A stretch of 64,000 bases of DNA from Nitrospirota bacterium (GCA_963701855.1 CAVPBK010000001.1:32001-96000), one strand, 5' to 3'. Counted from the stretch's first letter, positions 1 through 10,249 are shown. Numbers and translations: made by a program. The notes: generated from the letters alone by a model not told the origin.

Positions 1-1
1 A

Positions 2-1078
2 GACGATCTGCAGCTGCCTGATCTGCAATTCGGTCTGTACGACATCGTCACCGCCGTCGATCATCAAACTGGTCGTCTACAGATAATCTTTTGTCCAACG
101 ATGGAACGGTTTTTAGGAGAGCCCCGGGAGAAGCTCTATCGTGAAGGCTTAGATCGAGTGGCTGAGTGCGAAGCCAGATTAAACGGAAGGCCCACTCCCC
201 TCAAGAATCTCCTCCCTCTCGATCAGATGGCCTTTCACCCCAATCAAACACGGGATGCTTACCTCAAACAAGTCCGGCGCTGCCAGGAGTATATTGAGGC
301 AGGAGACATCTACCAAGCCAACCTGTCGCATCGATTCACCCTGCAACCTCCCAGCGCATACAGCGATGGCCTAGACCGACAGCCCTATGAGCAAGAACTC
401 TATCGACGTCTCCAAGCCGTGAACCCCTCGCCTTTCTCAGGGCTCATCCGCTTCGACGACGTCACATTGATCAGCTCATCACCCGAACGGCTTGTCCGTT
501 CGCACAACAGGCAGGTGGATACACGCCCTATTGCCGGAACCAGACCGCGTGGGCTCGACGCTCGTGATGACCAACGCCTCATCGGGGAATTGCTCTCGAA
601 TGAAAAGGAGCAGGCGGAGCACCTCATGCTCGTTGATCTCGAACGAAACGACCTAGGCCGCGTCTGCCGATTCGGCAGCATACAGGTCGATGAATTCATG
701 GCAATTGAACAATACTCCCACGTCAGCCACATCGTATCCAATATACGCGGCACCTTGAAACCTGACGCCACGCCCTTTGATCTAATTCGAGCACTGTTCC
801 CAGGGGGTACCATCACGGGTGTGCCAAAGATCCGCTGTATGGAGATTATCGAAGAGCTGGAGCCGGTACGTCGTGGCCCCTACACAGGATCATTTGGATA
901 CATCGGCTGGAATGGCGACCTCGATCTCAATATCGTGATTCGAACTTTGGTATGGTGTGGGGGGAATGGCTACTTACAAGTCGGTGCCGGGATTGTCGCC
1001 GACTCCGATCCGGCCAAGGAATACGAAGAAACGATCCAGAAGGCCCAGGCATTTTTTAGCGCATTGCAACAGACGTAA
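2..1078 (+). CDS. pabB: Aminodeoxychorismate synthase component I / anthranilate synthase component I family (5' truncated by window)
   Basis: The frame is open from position 2 (DDLQLPDLQFGLYD...). Chorismate-binding motifs GDIYQANLS, SSSPERL, RPIAGTRPRG, AEHLMLVDLERNDLG, PGGTITGVPK, GAGIVADS. It is followed by a class IV aminotransferase, as in pabB-pabC pairs. Confidence 0.85.
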   Translation, partial: DDLQLPDLQFGLYDIVTAVDHQTGRLQIIFCPTMERFLGEPREKLYREGLDRVAECEARLNGRPTPLKNLLPLDQMAFHPNQTRDAYLKQVRRCQEYIEAGDIYQANLSHRFTLQPPSAYSDGLDRQPYEQELYRRLQAVNPSPFSGLIRFDDVTLISSSPERLVRSHNRQVDTRPIAGTRPRGLDARDDQRLIGELLSNEKEQAEHLMLVDLERNDLGRVCRFGSIQVDEFMAIEQYSHVSHIVSNIRGTLKPDATPFDLIRALFPGGTITGVPKIRCMEIIEELEPVRRGPYTGSFGYIGWNGDLDLNIVIRTLVWCGGNGYLQVGAGIVADSDPAKEYEETIQKAQAFFSALQQT

Positions 1079-1080
1079 CC

Positions 1081-1956
1081 ATGTGGGTTTACCTCAATGA
1101 TAGGTTTGTGAAAGAAGAGGAGGCCGTCGTCTCCGTCTTCGATCATGGGTTTCTCTATGGCGATGGCGTCTATGAAACCATTCGCTCCTACGGGAGCCGA
1201 ATCTTCATGCGAAACCAACATCTTGCCCGGCTTCGCCGGTCTGCAGACGCGATCGGCCTGACTATCCCCATCCCCGAACACAGATGGCCGGCACTCCTCC
1301 ACGAAGCAATGGTACGAAATGACGTCGGACACGAACGCACCGATGCGTACCTTCGCATCACCATCTCCCGAGGGGCTGGTGACATCGGTCTTGATCCAGC
1401 CCTGTGCCCAACCCCCACCGTGGTGATCATGACTAAACCGCTTCACCCTCCCTTACCTGAACAATATCGCATAGGCGTGAACGTGATCGTCGCCCAAACG
1501 AGAAGGAACCTACCTAGCGCCCTCTCACCCCAAATCAAAGCCACAAATTTTTTGAACAATATCCTGGCCAAACGTGAAGCGATCGTGGCCGGTGCCTTCG
1601 ACAGCATCCTGCTCAATTGGGAATCGCATCTGACGGAATGCACTGTCAGTAATCTCTTTTTCTTCCGAGCTGGCCGGCTCTGCACCCCGGCACTTGCATG
1701 CGGCCTGCTGGACGGAATCACACGTGACATCGTGCTTAGCCTCGCGCAAGAAGCACAGATCCCGGTTGATGAAGGACATTTCGGAATCGAGGCGATTCAT
1801 AAGGCAGACGAGTGTTTTCTCACCAACACAAGTATGGAAGTGATGCCGGTCACCATGATAGACGGACTTCCGGTGGGGAATGGGACACCGGGGCTTCTCA
1901 CCCGGAAACTACACGGACTATTTATTGCCAACCGAACGCGTTTTCTCGAACCCTAG
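1081..1956 (+). CDS. PLP-dependent aminotransferase class IV (PabC/IlvE-like)
   Basis: DHGFLYGDGVYET, catalytic Lys region IKATNFL, ECTVSNLF, LDGITR, ADECFLTNT. Starts 2 nt after the pabB stop. Confidence 0.9.
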   Translation: MWVYLNDRFVKEEEAVVSVFDHGFLYGDGVYETIRSYGSRIFMRNQHLARLRRSADAIGLTIPIPEHRWPALLHEAMVRNDVGHERTDAYLRITISRGAGDIGLDPALCPTPTVVIMTKPLHPPLPEQYRIGVNVIVAQTRRNLPSALSPQIKATNFLNNILAKREAIVAGAFDSILLNWESHLTECTVSNLFFFRAGRLCTPALACGLLDGITRDIVLSLAQEAQIPVDEGHFGIEAIHKADECFLTNTSMEVMPVTMIDGLPVGNGTPGLLTRKLHGLFIANRTRFLEP

Positions 1957-2034
1957 CCGGCTCACATCCCCACAGACTCCATTGTTTTTCCGCACTAATT
2001 TCAGCTGACATCCAGGCACAAGATCTGCATTTTG

Positions 2035-2062
2035 TTGACACCCAGTGGCAGACTGGTATCGT
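2035..2062 (+). promoter_or_regulatory. Putative sigma70 promoter
   Basis: TTGACA (2035-2040), 16 bp spacer, TATCGT (2057-2062), upstream of the transglycosylase gene. Confidence 0.35.
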
Positions 2063-2069
2063 TGCAACC

Positions 2070-2780
2070 ATGCACAACACCTTTTCTCTAATAATGACAT
2101 CTCTCCGGCGGCACGCGGCCATTGGGCTCACCTTAACGGTAATAGCGGGAATCGGCTCACTGGCCTTCTCCGTGCCAACAACCACGGCGGAAATTTATCA
2201 GTTTGTCGGGCGCGACGGCTCAATTTCCCTCACCAACGTCCCATCAGATTCTCGCTATCGAAAAATCGAGGTTGAATCCAGCCGATTCCACACCACCTTG
2301 TCCGAGCGGGAACTCGAACCAGTCATTCGTCGGCACTCTTCACAACACCGGCTCCATCCTGCGTTGATCCGAGCCGTCATCAAGGCTGAATCGGACTTCG
2401 ACCCACGGGCAGTTTCTCGCGCCGGTGCTATTGGCCTGATGCAACTGATGCCGCAGACCGCCGTGCGCCTGGATGTGCGGGATATGTATGACCCGGATGA
2501 TAATGTGGGAGGTGGGACCAAATACTTACGCCAACTGCTCGACCGCTTCCATGGGAACTTACCACTAGCCCTGGCAGCCTATAATGCCGGAGAGAATGTG
2601 GTCGACCGCTATCAGGCACTTCCCCCATACGATGAAACCAGGCAATATGTCCGGAAGGTTCTCCGATACTACCGCACATTCCTGGTCCGGGACGGCGTCA
2701 TCATAGAACGTCCGGTCAGCCAATACGGCCCGGCAGAGTCAACAGCAACCCCCGTGATTTCTGAGATGTCTTCCCGCTAA
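2070..2780 (+). CDS. Soluble lytic transglycosylase (SLT domain) with N-terminal signal and DUF4124-like segment
   Basis: AVIKAESDF (catalytic Glu), GAIGLMQLMP, ALAAYNAG, ETRQYVRKV. Start is ATG 2070 or 2094; the longer track ORF overlaps the upstream gene. Confidence 0.9.
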   Translation: MHNTFSLIMTSLRRHAAIGLTLTVIAGIGSLAFSVPTTTAEIYQFVGRDGSISLTNVPSDSRYRKIEVESSRFHTTLSERELEPVIRRHSSQHRLHPALIRAVIKAESDFDPRAVSRAGAIGLMQLMPQTAVRLDVRDMYDPDDNVGGGTKYLRQLLDRFHGNLPLALAAYNAGENVVDRYQALPPYDETRQYVRKVLRYYRTFLVRDGVIIERPVSQYGPAESTATPVISEMSSR

Positions 2781-4359
2781 CAACTTCCCCGCTCGCTAGG
2801 CGACTGTGTTGTTGCCACCCAGCCCGCTTGGCCTCAGGAAAATCAGACCGGTAATGGGCCCCGACGCTGTTCTCTCGCCACAGCGCCGCTTCCGCCACGC
2901 ATTGGGCTACCTGCACCATGTTTTTCACTTCCAGCGCTGCTCGGCTTGCAAACGGCTGGGTCACGAGTTGGGCCCACCGTGACAATTGCGCACAGGCCCG
3001 GATAAGCGACTCCCCCGAACGTATGACACCGACCTGTCCCCACATCGTTCGTCTGATTGAGCTTCGCAACTTTTCCGCATCTTCCAGTGTGCCGAATTGG
3101 CCCGCTCGGAGCGTGGCCTCCTGAGACGAGGGTGTCGGAGGCTCCTGTCTGTCGGCAAACGCCACGGCTGCCGATGCCGCGCGCGCACCAAACACCAATC
3201 CTTCGAGCAATGAATTGCTCGCCAAACGATTCGCTCCGTGCACACCACTACAGGCCACCTCCCCAGCGGCAAAAAGCCCTGGAACCGTTGTCGCACCGTT
3301 CAGATCAGTCCAGACCCCGCCCATCATATAATGCGCGCTGGGAGACACAGGGATCCATTCTTCCGTGATATCGATGTCATAGCGAAGGCACGTCGCATAA
3401 ATGGTTGGGAAACGCTGCTTAACAAACTCTGCCCCCAAGTGGGTGACATCAAGATAGACATGACGCGCTTTCGTCGCCGCCATCTCCGCCAAAATTGCCC
3501 GCGACACGATATCTCTCGGCGCTAACGCGCCCATGGGGTGGTATTGCTGCATGAACGGCACCCCTTTATTATTGCGTAGCTGCGCACCCTCGCCTCGCAT
3601 CGCTTCCGACAACAAGAACGGCGGGCTCGACGGCAAATACAATGCTGTGGGATGGAATTGAACGAACTCCATATCTTGAAGCACCGCGCCAGCGCGCAGT
3701 GCCATGGCCATTCCATCACCGGTGGCATTCGGGGGATTGGTCGTCCGTGCATAGATCTGCCCGGCCCCGCCTGTAGTCAGCACAACCGCGCGAGTCGGCA
3801 GCACGAACTGGCGACCGGATCCTTCATCTAAAACAACGGCCCCGCAGCAACGTCCATCATCAACGACGAGATCCACGGTAAAGTGATGATCCATTCGCTG
3901 AATGCGCTCCTGCCGATTCACTTCGGCAATCAATACTCGCACCATTTCGTTCCCCGTCGCATCTCCCCGCGCACGCAGGATACGGCTTCGGCTGTGGGCA
4001 GCCTCCCGAGCAAACGCGAACTTGCCGCCGACTTTGTCGAACTTGGCCCCCCATTCGATCAATTCTTGAATCCGATCAGGCCCTTCTTCCACGAGAACAC
4101 GCACGGCTTCTTTTCGACAGAGCCCATGTCCCGCTTTGAGTGTATCGGTCAAATGGATAGCCACATCGTCTTCTTCACTCATTGCCACCGCCACCCCGCC
4201 CTGTGCATGGATCGAACTACTCTGAAGTGGGTGCCCTTTTGTCAGCACTATGACACGGCCGGCACGGCTCAACTCCAACGCCGCGCGAAGACCGGCTACA
4301 CCGCTTCCGATGACCAGGAAATCGGCCTGTGCCTGAGTACGAGATTGCCGAGATGTCAT
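2716..4359 (-). CDS. nadB: L-aspartate oxidase
   Basis: GSGVAG FAD motif, AQGGVA, EAAHSRSRI, EFVQFHPT, LSEAMRGEG, LAPRDIVSR, HYMMGG, GVHGANRLASNSLLE. Confidence 0.95.
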   Translation of the reverse strand: MTSRQSRTQAQADFLVIGSGVAGLRAALELSRAGRVIVLTKGHPLQSSSIHAQGGVAVAMSEEDDVAIHLTDTLKAGHGLCRKEAVRVLVEEGPDRIQELIEWGAKFDKVGGKFAFAREAAHSRSRILRARGDATGNEMVRVLIAEVNRQERIQRMDHHFTVDLVVDDGRCCGAVVLDEGSGRQFVLPTRAVVLTTGGAGQIYARTTNPPNATGDGMAMALRAGAVLQDMEFVQFHPTALYLPSSPPFLLSEAMRGEGAQLRNNKGVPFMQQYHPMGALAPRDIVSRAILAEMAATKARHVYLDVTHLGAEFVKQRFPTIYATCLRYDIDITEEWIPVSPSAHYMMGGVWTDLNGATTVPGLFAAGEVACSGVHGANRLASNSLLEGLVFGARAASAAVAFADRQEPPTPSSQEATLRAGQFGTLEDAEKLRSSIRRTMWGQVGVIRSGESLIRACAQLSRWAQLVTQPFASRAALEVKNMVQVAQCVAEAALWRENSVGAHYRSDFPEAKRAGWQQHSRLASGEVVSGKTSQKSRGLLLTLPGRIG

Positions 4360-4362
4360 GGA

Positions 4363-4869
4363 CTACTTCTTTATAGGGGAACGTATGGGGTCAATGGTGG
4401 CCTGCCGAGCTTTCATACCGAAGGGGGCATCGCCCTGAACCCCGCGTAACAGAATCGATTGTGTGCCGACCCATTGCAATCGCGTATGGCCTCGCTGACG
4501 GAGACCCGGATCGTCCGTATTTTTTCTCCATAGTCCCTGCCAATGTACGAACACATCGACGTCGTCTCCTTCGATCATAATGCGCTCAACCGTAAAGTCC
4601 AACGTGATGGCACTAAAAGTCTGGAAATCGCCCTGAGCCTCTTCCCGCAATCTGTCAAGCTGTTCAGACGGCATCATAAGCGCGGCCAGATCCGACAAAT
4701 CTTTCCTCACATACGCTTGGCGAAGTGATTCCACCGCCCGATCGATACGAAGATACCGTTCGTGATCTTCTGGATATTGAATCGTCTTGCCCCCACAGCC
4801 GACACCGATCAAAGATATCGAGCCGAGCAAGAGTAAGACGGGAATAAGTGAAAATTTGTATGGAAGCAT
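4363..4869 (-). CDS. Hypothetical lipoprotein (possible NTF2-like fold)
   Basis: Hydrophobic signal ending in lipobox-like GVGC. Stop lies 3 nt before the nadB start. Confidence 0.7.
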   Translation of the reverse strand: MLPYKFSLIPVLLLLGSISLIGVGCGGKTIQYPEDHERYLRIDRAVESLRQAYVRKDLSDLAALMMPSEQLDRLREEAQGDFQTFSAITLDFTVERIMIEGDDVDVFVHWQGLWRKNTDDPGLRQRGHTRLQWVGTQSILLRGVQGDAPFGMKARQATIDPIRSPIKK

Positions 4870-4997
4870 GCTGACGGCAGTATATAGGAGCGAGTATCAG
4901 ACAGGTCAAGCAGCGTGTGAGCTGGCCCTCATCACTCGCAGGCCCGCAAGGCATTCAGTCGCGCCTAAATCATGACCAACTTAATACACCGATGAGC

Positions 4998-5026
4998 TTG
5001 CAATTTACAGCGAAAACTTCTACACT
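4998..5026 (+). promoter_or_regulatory. Putative sigma70 promoter
   Basis: TTGCAA-17bp-TACACT, followed by RBS AGGAGA (5038-5043) and ATG 5052. Confidence 0.55.
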
Positions 5027-5051
5027 CCCGCACTTGCAGGAGAGATAACGC

Positions 5052-5147
5052 ATGTCTAGTGTGCTAAAAAAACGCCGGAAAAAGATGCGCAAGCACAAGT
5101 ACAAGAAGCTGCGCCGGCGTCAAAAGTTCGAACGTCGCAAAAGCTAG
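5052..5147 (+). CDS. AURKAIP1/COX24-domain small basic protein (30S ribosomal protein bS22-like), 31 aa
   Basis: Manual translation MSSVLKKRRKKMRKHKYKKLRRRQKFERRKS*. It has a good RBS and promoter and is too short for the ORF track. Confidence 0.85.
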   Translation: MSSVLKKRRKKMRKHKYKKLRRRQKFERRKS

Positions 5148-5177
5148 GCTTCGCCCAAGAAGGGGGAGGAGGGGGAC

Positions 5178-5396
5178 GTGCCCGAAGGCAAGAAGGTTCG
5201 CATCCGCGTTCGGACTGTGAACTGTGTCTACGTTGGCGACTTTCTCATTCCTCCCATGAGAAATCGTGTGTCCGATGCGATCAACGAAGAACAACGTCTC
5301 TTTATTAGCCTTACCGACGTGGTGATCGGTGAGAAGGATCGCTCGGATTTCGTGGCCATCAACAAGAATCTGATCGAGTCGATCGCACAGCTATAA
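5178..5396 (+). CDS. Small conserved hypothetical protein (DUF6812-like)
   Basis: GTG start behind GGAGGAGG. The RVSDAINE...FISLTDV...FVAINKNLI pattern resembles small beta-rich bacterial proteins. Confidence 0.7.
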   Translation: MPEGKKVRIRVRTVNCVYVGDFLIPPMRNRVSDAINEEQRLFISLTDVVIGEKDRSDFVAINKNLIESIAQL

Positions 5397-5484
5397 CTGT
5401 CGACAACACCTCCGGTGTGCCTTCCCCCTTCGCTGTTCTCCCTTGGTTTTCCTTAGCCACCTCCTCTAAGATCACCGCTTCATC

Positions 5485-7215
5485 ATGTCCACTTTCTCAC
5501 GATTTCTCCCATTCCTGAAACCCTATCTGTCCCGCATGGTGCTGGCAGGCTTGTTGGTCATGGGTGTCGCCGCCATCAATCTGGCCCTACTGCGGTTGGC
5601 CGGTACCCTGTGGGACATCATTACCGTGCAGCACGACCAATCCAGAATGACGGACATGATTACCATCTTTCTTGGACTCGTCATCCTGCAGGGGCTCTGT
5701 TCGATGGGCCATAGCTATCTGACCGCGTGGATTTCGCAGCGCATCATCGCCGACTTTCGCCGGCATCTCTTTGCGCATCTACATACCCTATCGGTGAGCT
5801 TCTTTGCCCGCAGGCGTACCGGCGAACTCCTCTCACGGCTCATGAACGATGTAACCGTCATCCAATCGGTCGTCACCGAAACACCGATTGACGGTGCGAA
5901 ACAACTCGTGACCTTTGTCGGGGGAATCACGTTCTTGCTGATGATGAATTGGCGGCTCTGCCTCTTGATCCTGGTTCTGCTTCCATTGCTCGTCCTCGTG
6001 GCCAAATTTTTTGGACGAAGGCTGAAATCCCTCTCGACCTCGATTCAAGATCACACCGCTGCAATGAGTACGCTGATCGAGGAAGTAATCTCCGGCATCC
6101 GGATCGTGAAATCCTTCGTCCAAACACAGCGGGAAGAGGCCAGATTTTCCGCACAAGTCGAACAGACCTTGGCGTTGACAATGCGAAAGGCCGGTGTCAT
6201 GGCGGTGTTTATTCCCGTCATCAGCCTCCTCACCTTCTCTGCGGCGGCGGCGGTGTTGTGGTATGGAGGACGCCAGGTTATCGACGGAAGTGTGTCGCCG
6301 GGCGATCTCTTTGCCTTTGTCCTTTTTGCCGGAATATTGATCGGTCCCTTCAGTTCCGCTGCCCGCGTGTTCGCGCAGATCAGGGAAGCGCAGGGCGCTA
6401 CCCAACGTGTGTTCGAAATTCTCGACACTGGCTCCGAAGTAAGCGACTCCCCCACGGCCACGGCATTATCCCCCGTCTCAGGACACATCCGAGCGGAACG
6501 TGTCGGCTTTGCCTATGATCCACGCCAGCCGGTTTTGATGGATATATCGTTCGAAGCGAGGCCTGGCGAACTGGTTGCCATCGTCGGTCCCACGGGGGCT
6601 GGAAAAACAACCGTGATGAACTTGCTCCACCGTTTCTACGATCCAACCGAGGGGCGCATCACCATCGACGGGCACGATCTCCGCCAAGTCACCATGGACA
6701 GTTGGTATCGGCAGATCGCGCTGGTTCCGCAAGAGACAATCTTGTTCGGCGGAACGATTCTCGACAATATCCGCTACGGAGACGAGAAGGCCACTCAGGA
6801 AGAGGTGGTGGCAGCGAGCCGTGCGGCCCATGCCCACGACTTCATCATGAGCTTTCCGGACCAGTATCAGACCATTGTGGGGGAAAAGGGAATTAACGTG
6901 TCCGGTGGACAGCGACAGCGCATCGCCATAGCCAGAGCCATCGTGAAAAATCCACGGATCTTATTGTTGGATGAAGCCACCTCTGCCCTCGACAGTGAGT
7001 CGGAACGACTCGTCCAAGAGGCACTGGAACAACTCATGAAAGGCCGAACGACCTTTGTCATCGCCCATCGTTTGACGACCATCCAGCGAGCTGACCGCAT
7101 CCTCGTCCTCAACAAAGGGCGCCTCGTCGAAACCGGCACACATGTTGAGCTGATGGATCATAAAGGGCTCTACCAGTACCTCTACACCCTTCGGCTCATC
7201 GAACTCCCCTCCTAG
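5485..7215 (+). CDS. ABC exporter, fused permease/ATPase (MsbA-like)
   Basis: Six TM segments, GPTGAGKT, VSGGQRQR, LLLDEATS, IAHRL. Confidence 0.92.
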   Translation: MSTFSRFLPFLKPYLSRMVLAGLLVMGVAAINLALLRLAGTLWDIITVQHDQSRMTDMITIFLGLVILQGLCSMGHSYLTAWISQRIIADFRRHLFAHLHTLSVSFFARRRTGELLSRLMNDVTVIQSVVTETPIDGAKQLVTFVGGITFLLMMNWRLCLLILVLLPLLVLVAKFFGRRLKSLSTSIQDHTAAMSTLIEEVISGIRIVKSFVQTQREEARFSAQVEQTLALTMRKAGVMAVFIPVISLLTFSAAAAVLWYGGRQVIDGSVSPGDLFAFVLFAGILIGPFSSAARVFAQIREAQGATQRVFEILDTGSEVSDSPTATALSPVSGHIRAERVGFAYDPRQPVLMDISFEARPGELVAIVGPTGAGKTTVMNLLHRFYDPTEGRITIDGHDLRQVTMDSWYRQIALVPQETILFGGTILDNIRYGDEKATQEEVVAASRAAHAHDFIMSFPDQYQTIVGEKGINVSGGQRQRIAIARAIVKNPRILLLDEATSALDSESERLVQEALEQLMKGRTTFVIAHRLTTIQRADRILVLNKGRLVETGTHVELMDHKGLYQYLYTLRLIELPS

Positions 7216-7283
7216 CAGAATGCTGAAAAAGTCCGTCAGCTTCGTTCTCGCATCGTTCAGGCCCTCAACGTACCCCAGAGGGT
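7212..7283. mobile_element. Partial MITE (family M1), left end
   Basis: CTAG-CAGAATGCTGAAAAAGTCCGTCAGC...CGTTCTCGCATCGTTCAG closely matches the reverse complement of ~60770-60839. Confidence 0.65.
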
Positions 7284-7298
7284 CGGCTATGAGGGTGC

Positions 7299-8138
7299 TT
7301 ACATCCCGATCGTTTCGATTGCCTGCATGTCTTCAGCGGTGAGAGTGAGCTGTTCAGCCTGAAGATCGTCCTTCATATGCTGTGGGTTCGTGGTGCCGGT
7401 CAAGGGCAGCATCCCGACCTGCATCGCAAACCGAAACACGACTTGCGCGAGACCTGTCCCTAAACGCTGAGCAATGACCCTCATGCCTGGATCGGCAAAG
7501 ATCTCTCGATTGGCAGTCAACAGCGAAAAGCCTTGATAGATAATGCCATGGGTTCGGCAAATTTCCCGCACCTCTTTGTCCCATCCGAACGCAGCATAAC
7601 AGCGGTTTTGCACCATCATGGGTTTCACCGCCGCCCGGGTACACAGTTGGGTGAGCTGCTCAGCCGTCACATTGCTGATGCCGATCATTTTCGTTTTCCC
7701 CGACCGATAGAGCCCTTCGATGGCGGCCCACACTTCCCAGTCCGCAGTGCCCAATCCCTGTCGCTGATAGGGCCCGTGCAAGACATAGGAGTCAAGATAG
7801 TCGGTGTGCAGGTGGGCCAACGAGCTGTCAAAGGACTGAGTCACTTGGGTGGTGAGATTGGCTGAAACATCGTAGGGGGTGCGATGGTCCTGGCCATTCG
7901 TCGGCGTAAACTTGGTCTGGAGAAACAGACGATCTCGCGTGACCCCTTGCTGCACGAGAGTCAGTAAGGCCTCCCCCACCAACGCTTCCTGATAATGGAT
8001 CAGTTGGTTGGCCGTATCGATAGCTGTAAAACCCGCCGCCACGGCTAGCTGCACCAGTTGCGTCGTGGCTTCCTTTTTCCAAGCTGTGCCATACATGAAC
8101 GAAGGAACCGGCACATTGTTATAGGCGGTCAAGGCCAT
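7299..8138 (-). CDS. Aldo/keto reductase
   Basis: AIDTAN..HY, LFLQTKF, LHTDYLDSYVLHGP, IGISN. Confidence 0.9.
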   Translation of the reverse strand: MALTAYNNVPVPSFMYGTAWKKEATTQLVQLAVAAGFTAIDTANQLIHYQEALVGEALLTLVQQGVTRDRLFLQTKFTPTNGQDHRTPYDVSANLTTQVTQSFDSSLAHLHTDYLDSYVLHGPYQRQGLGTADWEVWAAIEGLYRSGKTKMIGISNVTAEQLTQLCTRAAVKPMMVQNRCYAAFGWDKEVREICRTHGIIYQGFSLLTANREIFADPGMRVIAQRLGTGLAQVVFRFAMQVGMLPLTGTTNPQHMKDDLQAEQLTLTAEDMQAIETIGM

Positions 8139-8198
8139 GATGTATTCTCCAAGGCGAACAGACTGCTGATACTTGAGGGAGGTCTACGCTGTGATCCT

Positions 8199-8794
8199 TT
8201 ACGAAGAGGCGGAACGCTGGGCTCGAATGAGGTCCGACACCGGATAACCCAACTGCTGAGCTCGCTCGACCAGACGCCCGTACGTAGGCTCGCCAGCTGA
8301 GGGGTCCGAGACAGGATTCAGAGGAATCGACGATCCGGAGTCTCCACCTTCGCGATCCGATACTCTGGATCGAGATCGAGATTCCAATAATTCCCGTCGC
8401 GAGATGAGCCAAACAGCCTCGCGAACCAGTTGCCGAAGACCACCGTGAGTCGCGCGTTCGTCTTGGCATTGACCACCGTCGCCACTCCTTCTGCCTGCTC
8501 AACCCCGCCGGATTTAGTCACACTCTCATTGTGCACACCAACCGCACCGCCAGGACGGCTGAATTATATCGCCTTGGAGTCCACGCAGTGACGCTGAAAC
8601 CACATCGGGAGCCGTGCAATTTCATGCCAGGTACCGGCATAGTGGGAGAGATCCATCGATGTGACCGTCAGCAGATCACCTCTCGAATCTACTCCTGCAC
8701 AGACCCCCAACATGAGGCACAAGAACGCCGGCACAAAACCGGCGCTCACAGAACCTGAACGGTTAGCTCCGCGTCGTATCGGCGACGTCCCCAT
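8199..8794 (-). pseudogene. blc: Lipocalin (Blc-like) pseudogene
   Basis: Lipocalin motifs YAGTWHEIARLP, GNYWNLDLDPEY and FL*ILSRTP. In-frame TAA at 8566-8564, TGA at 8320-8318, and a frameshift near 8292 before EPTYGRLVERAQQLGY. Confidence 0.85.
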
Positions 8795-8841
8795 CAAAAA
8801 CAGCATCTCATCCGGCCTCGCGCTGTTTCCCAAGAGCGATG

Positions 8842-10110
8842 TTATTTCCGGACGGCAATCCCGTGGGGATCCGCCGTTTCGTTTCCGTCTTTCATATTCA
8901 TAACGGTCGCCTGCCCCTTATAGTGACCGACTTTCCCTCCGCCATCCACATGAATGACACCGACGCCTGGAATAGTTCCTTTGGCATTGTGCGCCATCTT
9001 GTCATTCCCTGTAAGCGGGGTAGGACCGCGCAGGCTGACGAACACATACTGATTATCCGGTGCGTTGTCCAAGAGATCAGGAGCTGGATCCTTGTTCCCA
9101 TCTGTCACTAAATCGATCGAGCCCACGCTCAAGTTTGAGACTGTATCGATGACTTCGATATTGTTTCCTGCTCGGTCAGCACTCCAGACATAACGTCCGA
9201 CCGCGGCCATCCCATGGGAGTCGGCAAATTGATCATCCCGTTGAGACACCAACTTGGCGGAAACAGATTTTGGAAGGGTGGATAGGTTGAGGGCATATAC
9301 ATCATAAGAAAGAGGCGCCACCGGCCAGCCGCCACCGGAATTAATATACATCGTCTCGCCGACCTGAATGCCGCCACAGCCGGCAGGATGGATCTCATTA
9401 TTATTGAGTGTGGCCACAAGGCTCATCGGCGTGGTGGTGACATCAAATACGAATAGCCCACCTCCCCGCAGCGTGACAAAAGCATAGCGACTGGATGACT
9501 CCGTGATGGGGCATATCGGGGAGGTATCCGGGCGTTCCCCACCCTCCAACAAGGCAAGATTCACCACATCTTTCTCGGGATCAAAGCTGAATGTATGAGC
9601 CGCATAGTCGGTCCAAATACGGACAAATTTCTTTTCGATGATATTCGCCGCAATCGCCATCTTCTGGTTAGGCGTCGGCCAGGCCGCATGGGCATTCTTC
9701 CCCATCGATAAACAGGCCTCCGGCTTACGCGTCTTGGCATCCATGAAAAGCACGTGGCCGCTCAGGAATGAGAGGATCACATGACTCTGGTCCTTATTGA
9801 AGAACAACATATGCGGACGCCGGACTGGTTTCTTAGTCGCCGCTTCGCAAAAGGTGTTGACCTCGCCCGAAAGATCGATGGTAATGGCCGGTTTTGCAGC
9901 GGCAGGATTCGCCGCGAGCGCCGCACCATCATAGATATAGAGAAAGCCGCCGCTTTCTTTCGCCGTATCAGATTGATCCGTCAGCCACACTTCATAAGCG
10001 GAAGCCTGAGCCATACCTCCGATTCCTGCCCCTGCCCCAACTAGGGTGGTCGCCACGAGAGCGAGAGTAAGACGAGACAGACCGCTGCTCGACAAACCGT
10101 GAATTGTCAT
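8842..10110 (-). CDS. Secreted beta-propeller protein (YncE/YVTN-like)
   Basis: Signal peptide ending AQASA, with repeated blade-like segments (RPHM, AHAAW, HPAGC, DSHGM, DPHGIAV). Confidence 0.65.
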   Translation of the reverse strand: MTIHGLSSSGLSRLTLALVATTLVGAGAGIGGMAQASAYEVWLTDQSDTAKESGGFLYIYDGAALAANPAAAKPAITIDLSGEVNTFCEAATKKPVRRPHMLFFNKDQSHVILSFLSGHVLFMDAKTRKPEACLSMGKNAHAAWPTPNQKMAIAANIIEKKFVRIWTDYAAHTFSFDPEKDVVNLALLEGGERPDTSPICPITESSSRYAFVTLRGGGLFVFDVTTTPMSLVATLNNNEIHPAGCGGIQVGETMYINSGGGWPVAPLSYDVYALNLSTLPKSVSAKLVSQRDDQFADSHGMAAVGRYVWSADRAGNNIEVIDTVSNLSVGSIDLVTDGNKDPAPDLLDNAPDNQYVFVSLRGPTPLTGNDKMAHNAKGTIPGVGVIHVDGGGKVGHYKGQATVMNMKDGNETADPHGIAVRK

Positions 10111-10249
10111 AATCGGTCTCCTTCAATCAGACGTGATAGGCGTGAATTCAGTCGCTTGCTAACAGACAATGACCATCGCACAAGTAGAATCGACTATAGG
10201 GTAAGAGAATTCTCGTGGGAGATCAATGGTCTATCTGACTCGCAGGATG

